DNA of 64,000 bases from the NCBI GenBank assembly GCA_947632335.1, contig CANROX010000001.1, positions 5,653-69,652 on the forward strand, read 5' to 3'. Below, in pieces: positions 1 through 9,254 of the stretch (the first letter of the stretch is position 1; every line of letters begins with the position of its first letter). The DNA is from an uncultured Clostridia bacterium (lineage in GTDB: Bacteria; Bacillota; Clostridia; Oscillospirales; Acutalibacteraceae). Position numbers and translations under genes: made by a program. Below the pieces are notes generated by a model. The model ran no database searches and was not told the DNA's origin. It saw nothing but the letters and a program-made list of their open reading frames with translations.

Positions 1-2257
1 TTTTCTCAATTATACCTACGGCACTTAAAATCCTTAAAAGGTTTTCCTTGGTTTCATAGGATTTCATCCATTTTTCAAGGTAAAAGCTCTTTACCTTATT
101 TTTTTGAGCCTCTGAGGCAGGTTCTTCCTCACCCTTTTTTATGTCTATATGGGTAAGGTTGTCTGCATACTCAAATCGGGTGTTGAGCCTGATTAAATCC
201 TTTATAAATCTTCTCTTTAAAATGTAAAGAAGTTCTGGACTTTCTGTATCAAGGGCTTTCATATAGGAACTTACAGCCTTGTTTGACATACCCTTTTTGT
301 AGAAAATTTCACCAAGAATAAAATCCCTATATGGTGAGGGTTTAAGCTTTTCCGCCTTTTCCTCAAGGGAAAGGAGGTTTTCATAGTTTTGGCACACATA
401 AACCTCTGTAAACAGGGAGGATATTTCACTGTCCTCAAGGAAATAGGAACATATTTTGTTTACTGTGCCTTTGTAGTCGTGGCCGAGGACATTTATTTTT
501 TCCCTTACAAATGGGAAAAGGTCATATATACTGTTGGGATTTTCTTCCCTTAAAGTACAGTCAACAAGGCTTTGGCACAACTTCTTGTTGTCCGGAATAA
601 CGCTGACCCCCAGACTGCACTTTTCGCTGTTATCAAACCAATCAAGATTTTCTTCAAAAATATCCTGAATTTCCAGCCTTACAAGGCCGTTTATAGTGTT
701 GTCAAAGGCCTGTTTATACCGGGGGATAAGGGCAGCTCCCTTTTCCTCATAAAGCAAATCCAGGTCATACTTTAAAAGCTCTCCGTCCTGGGGGTAGAGG
801 GCAAAGCCTTTGTCTACAAGGGCCTTGATTTCGTCCCTATAGGTGTGGAGGCTAAGTCTTCTCAAAATGTTAATTCTAAGTTTTATAACGCCGATTGAAT
901 AGGGAAACTTTTTATATAGGCTTTCCGACTGGGGCAGAGCCTCCCGGAGCTTTCCTACACTGACCTTTCGCACTGTATCCCTGAAAAAGAGAATGTCTTT
1001 TTCAAGACTTTTCATAAGGTCTGTGGCTCTGTTTTTCTGTTTATATACCCTGATTGTGCGGAGCGCCCAGTATATGCTGTTGCGGTTAAAAAGGGTTAAA
1101 ACAAATTTGTCTATCATATCATCTTGAATTTTCAGAATGACAGGGTGCTTGTACTTGTAAACATCGTTGTAGTTATCCCTGCCGAAATAGTGTTTATGGA
1201 ACTGGAGTTTTCTGTATTCAAAGAAAATTTCCTCCAGAATGTCAAATCTGTTTTCCCTGTATGCCTTTTCTATTTCCTGGCGTTTACTTTCAAACTCTTT
1301 CCTAAAGGCTTTTGCCTTTGTGCCTTGGGAAAGGATTATGTTCATATTTTTAAGAATGAGCCAGGGCCCCATAATCTGCATGGCAAATGCCTTTTTGCGC
1401 AGATACCTTTTTTTCTCCTTATCAGGGTCTAAAAAGTGTCTTATTTCATTACGGATAACCTTGTAGTCTGTGTCAAGGGAGAAAATGGCGTTGTGACCTC
1501 CCTGTTCTGTGGCAGGGGGTACAAACATCCACTCGTCCTCGTAATGCTCTACTATATAGTCGCTAATGTAGTTTGGAGCCTGCCCCAAAGTGTCCTCAAA
1601 CATAACATTTTGGGAGCTGTTGCCGAAGATTTCCTTATCAAAAATAAGGGGCGTTCCGCCCCAGCGGAGAACAAGGTAGGGGCAGTCCTCTTCTTTGTAA
1701 CTGAACATTCTCTTTTCCAGCTCCTCCAGAACCTTGTCCCTGCCCTGAAAACGCATTTTCAGCCGATACCAGCCATAGCGGAACTGATTTGCACAAAAGC
1801 GGTAGGAGTACACAATGCCCGGATTTATAAGGTCGCTGTAAAGGGTAATATCCTTTGTATACTGTTTCCACGCCTTGCCCTTGTTGGGAAGATAGTCATA
1901 GCATATAATATCAATCATATCCCCTGCGGCGTCGTCAAAAACAACTTGTGTGGAATGTACCGCAGATGAAGTGGTATCGGTGTATCTGCCGATAACATTG
2001 TGGAAATCGTGGTTTAAGTCCTGGCACTCCAATACTCGGTTTGGAGGAAGCTCTGTTTTACATACTTCCACAAACCTATCCCAGTTGTTCCTTGTCATTG
2101 TAATATCCATATCGTCGTCCCAAGGAATAAATCCCCTGTGGCGTACAGCGCCGATAAGGGTACCGCCGGCAAGCTGGTATTCAATATTATGTTTTCTGCA
2201 AAGAGAATCAACCTCTTTGTAAAGCATATACAGATGCTGTTGTTTTTCAGTTAACAT
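1..2257 (-). CDS. LicD-family phosphotransferase-like protein with a long helical C-terminal extension; the 3-prime end runs off the window
   Basis: Absent from the supplied ORF track because it has no stop inside the window. My own minus-strand translation from the ATG at 2257 gives MLTEKQQHLYMLYKEVDSLCRKHNIEYQLAGGTLIGAVRHRGFIPWDDDMDITM... and stays open to position 1. It is a colinear paralog of ORF 2276..4978. An AAGGAA/AGGGA SD-like sequence lies upstream. Confidence 0.75.
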   Translation of the reverse strand, partial: MLTEKQQHLYMLYKEVDSLCRKHNIEYQLAGGTLIGAVRHRGFIPWDDDMDITMTRNNWDRFVEVCKTELPPNRVLECQDLNHDFHNVIGRYTDTTSSAVHSTQVVFDDAAGDMIDIICYDYLPNKGKAWKQYTKDITLYSDLINPGIVYSYRFCANQFRYGWYRLKMRFQGRDKVLEELEKRMFSYKEEDCPYLVLRWGGTPLIFDKEIFGNSSQNVMFEDTLGQAPNYISDYIVEHYEDEWMFVPPATEQGGHNAIFSLDTDYKVIRNEIRHFLDPDKEKKRYLRKKAFAMQIMGPWLILKNMNIILSQGTKAKAFRKEFESKRQEIEKAYRENRFDILEEIFFEYRKLQFHKHYFGRDNYNDVYKYKHPVILKIQDDMIDKFVLTLFNRNSIYWALRTIRVYKQKNRATDLMKSLEKDILFFRDTVRKVSVGKLREALPQSESLYKKFPYSIGVIKLRINILRRLSLHTYRDEIKALVDKGFALYPQDGELLKYDLDLLYEEKGAALIPRYKQAFDNTINGLVRLEIQDIFEENLDWFDNSEKCSLGVSVIPDNKKLCQSLVDCTLREENPNSIYDLFPFVREKINVLGHDYKGTVNKICSYFLEDSEISSLFTEVYVCQNYENLLSLEEKAEKLKPSPYRDFILGEIFYKKGMSNKAVSSYMKALDTESPELLYILKRRFIKDLIRLNTRFEYADNLTHIDIKKGEEEPASEAQKNKVKSFYLEKWMKSYETKENLLRILSAVGIIEK

Positions 2258-2275
2258 ATCCCTACATATTCCTTG

Positions 2276-4978
2276 TTAATTAAAAGTTTCTTCAAACCTG
2301 TCTTTCTTTGACTCTGTAATATCGCTGTTAATATCATCGAGATATTCGTCGTCAATAAATGCAAGGTCAATATTTTCTCCGAAAATCTTTGTATGAATTT
2401 TCTTTGCGATTTTCAGGTTGAACTTTGTATCCTCTTTGATTTTCAGCTTTCTGATTAGTGACTTTCCCTCTTTTTCTTTCAGGGCGTGAACCTTAACAAG
2501 TATGTTGATAAATTCAAGAACGCTTGGGTACACCCTGTCTATCTGTTTCTTGTAGAAGTCTGTAAGGCGCTTTTTGTTTTCAATGGTCTTCTGGCAGGCG
2601 TCCTCTCTGGAAAGTCCCTTTACCTCCAGCTCCCTGTGGATATAGTATCTGTTGTTGGCATAATAAAATTTTCTGAATATTGTATCAAGCTCTGTTACAA
2701 AAAATCTTCTCATGGCATTGTTGAGGTAGGGGTCGCTGTTCATTTTTATACATTCTTTTCGCAGTACTGCACTTTCCTCACTGTAACCCATACTGTAGAG
2801 GGTTTCTGCCTTTAAGTTTAAGCAGTAAAGATATTCTACGGAGTTTTTCTCCAAAGCGTCCATATGTGCATTGAGCCTGTCCAAAATTGCACTATAACCC
2901 TCCTGCTCATTACAGGCAATTTTTTCCGCAGTGGTAAGGGTAACAAAATCACTTCCGTTAATTTCCCTATAATACTTGTAGTAGTACTTTGTAACAACAG
3001 TTTCAATTTCTCCAAACTGATTTTTTTCAAACTTATTTTTATAGTCCATTCTTGTAAGAAGAAGCTGCAAAATAAGGTCGTACTCACGAAGTGCCTTAAT
3101 TTCGGGATTGGTACAGGACTGTGCAATCTGGTGCATAACAAGGAACTTCTGCTCGTAGAGTCTGGGGTTGTCCGGAAGAATAACAATAAGCCTGTTGAGC
3201 ATTTGCAGTGAAAGAAAATCCATTTCCTTCATATTGTCGTTTGCCGGCGGGATTTCACGGGTAAGATATTTTTCAATTCTGTCTGAATGATGAATTTCAA
3301 CCGACGGCACTTTTTCTGTAAGATGTTCCCGGCAGTATTCAAAAAATACATCAAGGTTTTCTTCAATGGTATCGCGGATATCAAGCCGGATATAGCCGTT
3401 AAGGGTGTTTTCCCAGGCGGAAACATACTTGATAAGGGTTTCCTTTTTGTTGTCCTCAAAATGTGTATCAAGGAGATACTTTTCAAAATCTGCGTCGTCT
3501 TTAAATATGGAAAGACCATGCTGTGCAAGGGACTTTACCTTGTCACGGTTGCCCTCTATGCCCTCTATTTTAAGGTATTTATTGATTTTAAGTTTTATAA
3601 TACTGTTGCAGTTTGGATAAAGCTCATAGAGTTTATCAATAAGGGGAACAGCCTTTTCATAGTCTTTCTCGGAAAAGGCGGAGGTTGCCTGTCTGAACAT
3701 TGTTATGTGGGAATCGAGCTCCTCCATAAAGGGGGTTTTATTCCCCTTGTTGTATTCATATACATCTATAAATCTCTTTGCCTGGGAAATTCTTCCTGTA
3801 TGAAACAGAGATATAAGCACAAGCTCAAAATATTCCTCTTTAATGTTTATAAGTACAGGGGAATAATATCTGTATGCCCCTGTAAAGTCAAATCTGCCGA
3901 TTGCCCTGCGGTCGTTCTGTATCTCAATGTAGTCGGAGAAAATTTCCACAAGGGTCTGATAATCCTTATTTTTTCTGGCAAGCTCTATTTCCTCGTTTGC
4001 CTCTCTGAAATCAGCATTAAGCTCCATTTCGCTGGAAAGTCTTTTTATGTCAAAGTTAAGGTCCTTTAAATCGTTCCAACTGTCCATAGAAAGCATAGAA
4101 ATATCCTGTCTTCTGCGGTACTTCCTATTCATCTTCTTTTTGTTAAGAACCTTATTTATTTCCGTCTTGAAGTAAGGGTAAGCTATGTCTGTGTTAAATA
4201 CTGCGTCGTGGCCCTGCTGTTCCGTAACAGGGGGGATATACATCCACTCGTCGCCATAGTGGTATACAAGGTAGTCGTAGGGCTTGTTAAGGCTCATTGC
4301 AGTTGTGTCCTCATAATTAAGCTCTACACAGCAGTTTCCTATCATCTCTTTTGGGAAACAAAGAGGTACTCCGCCCCAACGCATTGCATAGTAGTTACAT
4401 TCCTCTTCGTCATACTTTGTCAGCTTGTCCTCAACCTGTTTGAGAACTTTGTCACGGCCAAAGAGGAACATTTTTGCCCTGTAGTAGAAAAACCTAAACC
4501 TGTTCTCCCTAAAGCGATAGGAGAATACCAGACTGCCGTTCATAAGGTCGCTGAAAAGAAGAACATCTCTGTTGTACTGCATAAGGGCTTCCTTGTTATT
4601 GGGAAGAGGGTCAAGGGCAAATATATCTAAAACAAAGCCTGCCTTGTCGTCGTGGAGAACCTGATTTTTGTGGATGGCTGTCTTTGTAATGTCAGTATAT
4701 CTTGCAATAGGATTATGAAATCCCCTATTAACCTCCTGACACTCCAGTACTCTGTTTTCAGGTAATGCGTTGCCGTTAAGGCACACATCCATAAACTTTC
4801 TCCAGTTTTTCAGCGTCATATAAATATCCATATCATCGTCCCAGGGAATAAATCCCCTGTGACGGATTGCACCTATGAGAGTGCCCCCGGCAACTGAATA
4901 TTCAATATTATATTTTCTGCATATACCGTCTATTTCCTTAAAAAGGACATATAAATCATCCTGATGTTGTGTTAACAT
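2276..4978 (-). CDS. LicD-family phosphotransferase-like protein, 900 aa, with a ~600-aa helical C-terminal extension
   Basis: The N-terminus AGGTLIGAIRHRGFIPWDDDMDIYM is the LicD-type nucleotidyltransferase-fold motif. It also has GDEWMYIPP. The remainder is a long repeat-like helical region and is paralogous to the upstream partial ORF. Confidence 0.8.
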   Translation of the reverse strand: MLTQHQDDLYVLFKEIDGICRKYNIEYSVAGGTLIGAIRHRGFIPWDDDMDIYMTLKNWRKFMDVCLNGNALPENRVLECQEVNRGFHNPIARYTDITKTAIHKNQVLHDDKAGFVLDIFALDPLPNNKEALMQYNRDVLLFSDLMNGSLVFSYRFRENRFRFFYYRAKMFLFGRDKVLKQVEDKLTKYDEEECNYYAMRWGGVPLCFPKEMIGNCCVELNYEDTTAMSLNKPYDYLVYHYGDEWMYIPPVTEQQGHDAVFNTDIAYPYFKTEINKVLNKKKMNRKYRRRQDISMLSMDSWNDLKDLNFDIKRLSSEMELNADFREANEEIELARKNKDYQTLVEIFSDYIEIQNDRRAIGRFDFTGAYRYYSPVLINIKEEYFELVLISLFHTGRISQAKRFIDVYEYNKGNKTPFMEELDSHITMFRQATSAFSEKDYEKAVPLIDKLYELYPNCNSIIKLKINKYLKIEGIEGNRDKVKSLAQHGLSIFKDDADFEKYLLDTHFEDNKKETLIKYVSAWENTLNGYIRLDIRDTIEENLDVFFEYCREHLTEKVPSVEIHHSDRIEKYLTREIPPANDNMKEMDFLSLQMLNRLIVILPDNPRLYEQKFLVMHQIAQSCTNPEIKALREYDLILQLLLTRMDYKNKFEKNQFGEIETVVTKYYYKYYREINGSDFVTLTTAEKIACNEQEGYSAILDRLNAHMDALEKNSVEYLYCLNLKAETLYSMGYSEESAVLRKECIKMNSDPYLNNAMRRFFVTELDTIFRKFYYANNRYYIHRELEVKGLSREDACQKTIENKKRLTDFYKKQIDRVYPSVLEFINILVKVHALKEKEGKSLIRKLKIKEDTKFNLKIAKKIHTKIFGENIDLAFIDDEYLDDINSDITESKKDRFEETFN

Positions 4979-5044
4979 TAACTGCCTCTCTTACAATAGT
5001 TAAAGTTGAAAATAAGTTGAAAATGTTTTGTGGGTTTCCCTTCA

Positions 5045-5782
5045 TCAGAAGTAGTCGTAACCGCCTGTGATTTCAAGGAGAGTACCGTTGATAAAATCAT
5101 TTGTCATTGTATCATAAACCAGCTTTGCAATTTCGTCAGCCTCTGCAAAACGGTGCAGATTAATTTTTTTATTAATTCTGTCGTAGCTTTCCTGACTTCT
5201 GCCGTTTTGCCAAGGAGTCTGAACAAATGATGGGGCAATAGCGTTAATGGAAACATTCTGTCCGTCAAATTCCTTTAGCAGACATTTTGCAAGGTGATGA
5301 ACTCCTGCCTTTGAAACGGAATAAACAAGGGACGAGCTGTAGGAAAGGGAACCTGCAAGGGAACCCATAAGAATTATTTTGCCTCCCTTGTTAAAGCGAG
5401 GTTTCAGCTTTTGTATCATAAAGGTTGGAACAGAAAGGTTTGTCCTAAGAATTTTTTCCCAGATTTCGTAGTCATATTCCTCAAACTTCTTATATGTTCC
5501 AATGGCTGTGTTGCACACAAGCCAGTCGATTTTCGGACTGATTTCAATTACCTGCTCCACAAAGTCCTCCATACCCTCATATGTGGACATATCTGCGTAA
5601 ATAAAGGTTACTTTTTTCTTATCTTCCTGTGAAAGCTCAGAGAGCATTTGAGTTTTCTGGTCCTCTTCAAAGTAGTTAATAATTAGTTTATCCTCTGTGC
5701 AGCGGGATTCTTTTAGTAATTTATTGGCGATAGCCTTTCCTATTCCGGAAGTACCGCTTGTAACAATCATTACTTTGGACAT
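5045..5782 (-). CDS. Short-chain dehydrogenase/reductase (SDR) family oxidoreductase
   Basis: TSGTSGIGKA Rossmann motif, YSVSK catalytic Y-x-x-x-K, and 245 aa length. It is first in the minus-strand run with the two LicD genes. Confidence 0.85.
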   Translation of the reverse strand: MSKVMIVTSGTSGIGKAIANKLLKESRCTEDKLIINYFEEDQKTQMLSELSQEDKKKVTFIYADMSTYEGMEDFVEQVIEISPKIDWLVCNTAIGTYKKFEEYDYEIWEKILRTNLSVPTFMIQKLKPRFNKGGKIILMGSLAGSLSYSSSLVYSVSKAGVHHLAKCLLKEFDGQNVSINAIAPSFVQTPWQNGRSQESYDRINKKINLHRFAEADEIAKLVYDTMTNDFINGTLLEITGGYDYF

Positions 5783-6198
5783 AATATACCTCGTATCTAA
5801 ATTAAATTTTTACATAACTATCCATATTATCATTGTATCATTTTACCACAAGGGTTTAATATAAGTCAATAATTCAAGGGTTACAAATTGCTTACAATAT
5901 ATAGTATAAGGCTTTTTGGGAGTAAAATTAAAAAGTATAGGCCATACCTTTAACCAGAACTTAATTTATCTGGGCAATTCCTTTAAAACCGGGTTTGCTT
6001 TATAAGTATATGCCTTTTTGAGGGGCACGGGACGCCCCGCTTGTCAAATTTATGCCCATTATGGCCTATGTGCCTTAAAAATATATTATAAATATGTGAT
6101 AAAAAAGAATATGTCAAAATTATTTGCGATTTTCCCCTATTTGTAGTAAAATATAATTTAATGTGTAAAATTAAACTTTAAAAAAGGGGGGTGACAGT

Positions 6199-8097
6199 AT
6201 GGCAGTTCTTTCAGCCTATAACATTGGACTGTCCTTTATAGAGAGAAAACTCTTTCAGGGCGTAACCTTTAATGTGGAGGAAAGGGATAAAATCGGACTT
6301 ATCGGTGCAAACGGCACAGGAAAGACAACCCTGCTTAAAATTCTTACAGGCTTAATTTCCCCTGACGAGGGTTCTGTTACAACAGGAAAAAATACCGTGT
6401 TGGGCTATATGCAGCAGCACGCCTGCACAGTACAGGACAGAACGGTGTATGACGAACTGCTGACTGTTTTTGAACCCCTCATTAATATGGAAAAGGAGCT
6501 TGAAATACTTCCTGCCCTTATTGAAAAGGGAAAGGGAGATATTCATTCTCTTATAGAAAAACAGGACATACTTCTTACAGAGTTTCAAAACAGGGGAGGC
6601 CTTACCTATAAAAGCCGGACAAAAAGCTGCCTTATAGGCCTTGGCTTTAGGGAAGAGGATTTCTCTATGGAGGTTGGAAAACTTTCGGGAGGTCAGAAAA
6701 GCAAGCTAAGTCTTGCAAAGCTGCTTTTGTCAGGGGCAAATCTTCTTTTGCTTGACGAACCTACAAATCACCTTGATATTAATGCAGTGGGCTGGCTGGA
6801 AAACTTTTTAAAGGAATTTGATGGCAGTGCAATTATTATCAGCCACGACAGATATTTTCTTGATGAGGTAACTAACAAAACAATGGAAATTTACTGCAAG
6901 GGCCTTGTTTCCTATGAGGGGAACTACAGTGTTTTTGCAGACAAAAAGGCGAAACAGCAGGAGAGTATCCGCAGGAAATACGAAAACGACATTAAGGAAA
7001 TAAAGCGTATTGAAGGTATAATTGAACAGCAAAAGGGCTGGGCAACAGAGAGAAACTTTATTACAGCGGCAAGCAAGCAAAAGGAAGTTGACAGAATAAA
7101 GGCACAGCTTGTTGTTCCCCAGGAGGAAAGTCACAACCTTAGATTTAAGTTTGAATTAAAACAGGAAAGCGGGGAGGATGTGCTGATTTGTAAGGATTTA
7201 TCAAAATCCTTTGGAAACAACCGCCTTTTCAGTAATCTTAGCTTTCACCTTAAAAAAGGAGAGAAAGTGTTTATTATGGGAGAAAACGGCGTTGGGAAAA
7301 CCACCCTGTTTAAAATAATTACAGGCAGTCAAATGGCGGACTATGGCTATATTGACTATGGAACAGGGGTTAAAATCGGTTACTTTGACCAACTCCAGGC
7401 AAATCTTAGTTTGGAAAAGGACAGCTTTTCGGAGATTCACGACGCTTTCCCCGATATGACGGAAACACAGGTGAGAAAGGCCCTTGGAAGATTTGGTTTT
7501 AGAGGGGATGAGGTTTTTAAGAAAATGTCCCTTATGTCAGGAGGCGAAAGGGCAAAGGTAAACCTGCTGAAACTTATGCTGCAGGGAGATAATTTGCTGC
7601 TTCTTGACGAGCCTACAAATCACCTTGATACATTTTCAAGGGAAAGCCTTGAACAGACCCTTAGGGAATATAAGGGAACTCTCCTTGTAATAAGCCACGA
7701 CAGATATTTTGTAAATAAACTGTCTGACAGGATACTATATCTTACCGACACCGGAATTAGGGAGTATCTTGGAAACTACGATTACTTTGTGGAACACAAC
7801 GGCGAAAATTCTGTCCCTATCCTAAAGGTAAAAAAGGATAATTCCCGGGGTGCAAGGGACTACAGGCAGGAGAAAGAGGAAAAGGCAAGACTTCGCAAAA
7901 GGGAAAATCAAATTAAAAAGACCCAGGCCCTTATAGAACAGCTTGACCGGGAAATTGCCTGTATAGAGGAAAAACTAAAGGAAGAAAGCATTTCCTCCGA
8001 CTATCAAAAACTTATGGAATACACAGATAATCTGGAACAGCTCCGACTCCGTCAGGAAGAGGCTTTTCAAAAATGGGAAGAACTTGAAAATCAGTAA
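6199..8097 (+). CDS. ABC-F family ATPase (two ABC domains, no transmembrane domain, C-terminal coiled coil)
   Basis: Two Walker A motifs (GANGTGKTT, GENGVGKTT), two ABC signatures (LSGGQKSK, MSGGERAK), an interdomain linker and a charged coiled-coil tail. The SD GGGGGTG lies before the ATG. Confidence 0.9.
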   Translation: MAVLSAYNIGLSFIERKLFQGVTFNVEERDKIGLIGANGTGKTTLLKILTGLISPDEGSVTTGKNTVLGYMQQHACTVQDRTVYDELLTVFEPLINMEKELEILPALIEKGKGDIHSLIEKQDILLTEFQNRGGLTYKSRTKSCLIGLGFREEDFSMEVGKLSGGQKSKLSLAKLLLSGANLLLLDEPTNHLDINAVGWLENFLKEFDGSAIIISHDRYFLDEVTNKTMEIYCKGLVSYEGNYSVFADKKAKQQESIRRKYENDIKEIKRIEGIIEQQKGWATERNFITAASKQKEVDRIKAQLVVPQEESHNLRFKFELKQESGEDVLICKDLSKSFGNNRLFSNLSFHLKKGEKVFIMGENGVGKTTLFKIITGSQMADYGYIDYGTGVKIGYFDQLQANLSLEKDSFSEIHDAFPDMTETQVRKALGRFGFRGDEVFKKMSLMSGGERAKVNLLKLMLQGDNLLLLDEPTNHLDTFSRESLEQTLREYKGTLLVISHDRYFVNKLSDRILYLTDTGIREYLGNYDYFVEHNGENSVPILKVKKDNSRGARDYRQEKEEKARLRKRENQIKKTQALIEQLDREIACIEEKLKEESISSDYQKLMEYTDNLEQLRLRQEEAFQKWEELENQ

Positions 8098-8108
8098 AGA
8101 GGATATAT

Positions 8109-9059
8109 ATGAACCTACTCCACTTAAAATATGCTATTGAAATTGAAAAAACACAGTCTATAAACAAGGCGGCAAAAAATTTGTTTATGGGTCAGCCCAA
8201 CCTTTCCAGAGCCGTTAAGGAGCTGGAAAAGTCTATGGGAGTAAGACTGTTTACAAGAACGCCTAAGGGTATGCTGCCCACACCTGAGGGCAGAGAGTTT
8301 TTGGGATATGCCAAGAAAATTCTTGCACAGGTTGACCAGGTTGAAAATATGTTTTCCGACGCCAACAAAAACTGTCAGAAATTTTCCGTATCCGTACCCA
8401 GGTCAAGCTATATTTCACAGGCATTTGCAAGCCTTTGCAAAAATATTGACCCCCACAAAAAGGCGGAATTTTACTATCAGGAAACAAACAATCAGCAGGC
8501 AATAAGAAATATTCTGGAAAATGATTTCGGTTTGGGAATTGTCAGATATTCTCTGAACTATGAAAATCATTTTTGCAAATATCTGTCCGACAAAAAACTT
8601 TCAAGTCAGGATTTAATGGAATTTGAATACAGTATTGTAGTATCAAAAAACGACCCCCTTGCAGACAGGGAAAGTATCAGCAAGGAGGAAATTAAGGACT
8701 ACACCATTATAAGCCACGCAGACCCCTATGTGCCCTCCCTGCCTACCCACGACTTGCAGAAAGAGGATATGGCATATGACAACGACAGACACATATTTGT
8801 GTACGAAAGGGCAAGTCAGTTTGAGCTTCTCAATAAAATAGAGAAAACCTGTATGTGGGTTTCCCCAATGCCAAAGGGACTTCTTGATATGTACGGTCTT
8901 AAACAGATTGAATGTATGGATAATTCAAACCGCTATAAGGATGTTTTGATTTACAGAAAAAATTACAACCTGAGCAAACTGGACAAGGATTTTATCAGTG
9001 AAGTAAAAAAATCCATTGACAGCATTGTACTTGACAGTTCCCTCCAGAAAAAGTTGTAG
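8109..9059 (+). CDS. LysR-family transcriptional regulator
   Basis: N-terminal wHTH LLHLKYAIEIEKTQSINKAAKNLFMGQPNLSRAVKELE followed by a ~200-aa substrate-binding-type domain. Confidence 0.85.
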   Translation: MNLLHLKYAIEIEKTQSINKAAKNLFMGQPNLSRAVKELEKSMGVRLFTRTPKGMLPTPEGREFLGYAKKILAQVDQVENMFSDANKNCQKFSVSVPRSSYISQAFASLCKNIDPHKKAEFYYQETNNQQAIRNILENDFGLGIVRYSLNYENHFCKYLSDKKLSSQDLMEFEYSIVVSKNDPLADRESISKEEIKDYTIISHADPYVPSLPTHDLQKEDMAYDNDRHIFVYERASQFELLNKIEKTCMWVSPMPKGLLDMYGLKQIECMDNSNRYKDVLIYRKNYNLSKLDKDFISEVKKSIDSIVLDSSLQKKL

Positions 9060-9088
9060 TTATATCAGGAAAAGTTGTAGTTATATCA
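9047..9088 (+). repeat. Tandem 2 x 21-nt direct repeat (GAAAAGTTGTAGTTATATCA-type) spanning the LysR stop codon
   Basis: gaaaaagttgtagttatatca (9047-9067) is followed directly by ggaaaagttgtagttatatca (9068-9088), with one mismatch. Confidence 0.85.
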
Positions 9089-9119
9089 TTATTTATATAG
9101 GGGTATACCATTTTTAGAC

Positions 9120-9148
9120 TTTACATTTTTGTAATGTTGTGTTAAAAT
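9120..9148 (+). promoter_or_regulatory. Putative sigma-A promoter of adhE (TTTACA-17-TAAAAT)
   Basis: TTTACA at 9120-9125, a 17-nt spacer, and TAAAAT at 9143-9148. The -10 element overlaps Rex box 1. Confidence 0.45.
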
Positions 9149-9156
9149 TTTAACAA
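9139..9156. promoter_or_regulatory. Rex (redox repressor) operator, box 1
   Basis: GTGTTAAAATTTTAACAA contains the perfect palindrome TGTTAAAATTTTAACA. It matches the clostridial Rex consensus TTGTTAA-N4-TTAACAA and lies upstream of adhE, a classical Rex target. Confidence 0.6.
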
Positions 9157-9180
9157 AGCACAAGGAAACTGGGTACTGAT

Positions 9181-9198
9181 ATGTTAAATTTTTAACAA
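9181..9198. promoter_or_regulatory. Rex operator, box 2
   Basis: ATGTTAAATTTTTAACAA has TGTTAA-N4-TTAACA half-sites and lies 42 nt downstream of box 1. Confidence 0.55.
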
Positions 9199-9254
9199 AG
9201 TTATGGTATAGGGGTTTATCTTAGTGTAAAAAGAATTATATAAGGAGAGAGATT

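Noticed and set aside
3287-4069. A long antisense ORF (260 aa) inside the LicD gene. Similar antisense ORFs occur at 23783..24352, 43492..44016, 51585..52223, 53533..54246, 42114..42662, 63063..63569 and elsewhere.
   Set aside because: Each lies fully within a gene that has clear family motifs on the other strand. They have low-complexity or hydrophobic composition, no SD and no recognisable motifs. They are typical shadow ORFs.
6052-6078. An 8-codon mini-ORF (MPIMAYVP) in the 415-nt region upstream of the ABC-F gene, considered as a possible antibiotic-sensing leader peptide as in ARE ABC-F attenuators.
   Set aside because: It has no SD and I could not build an alternative terminator/antiterminator pair around it. 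The ABC-F linker and tail look housekeeping-like. The evidence is too weak to report as a feature.
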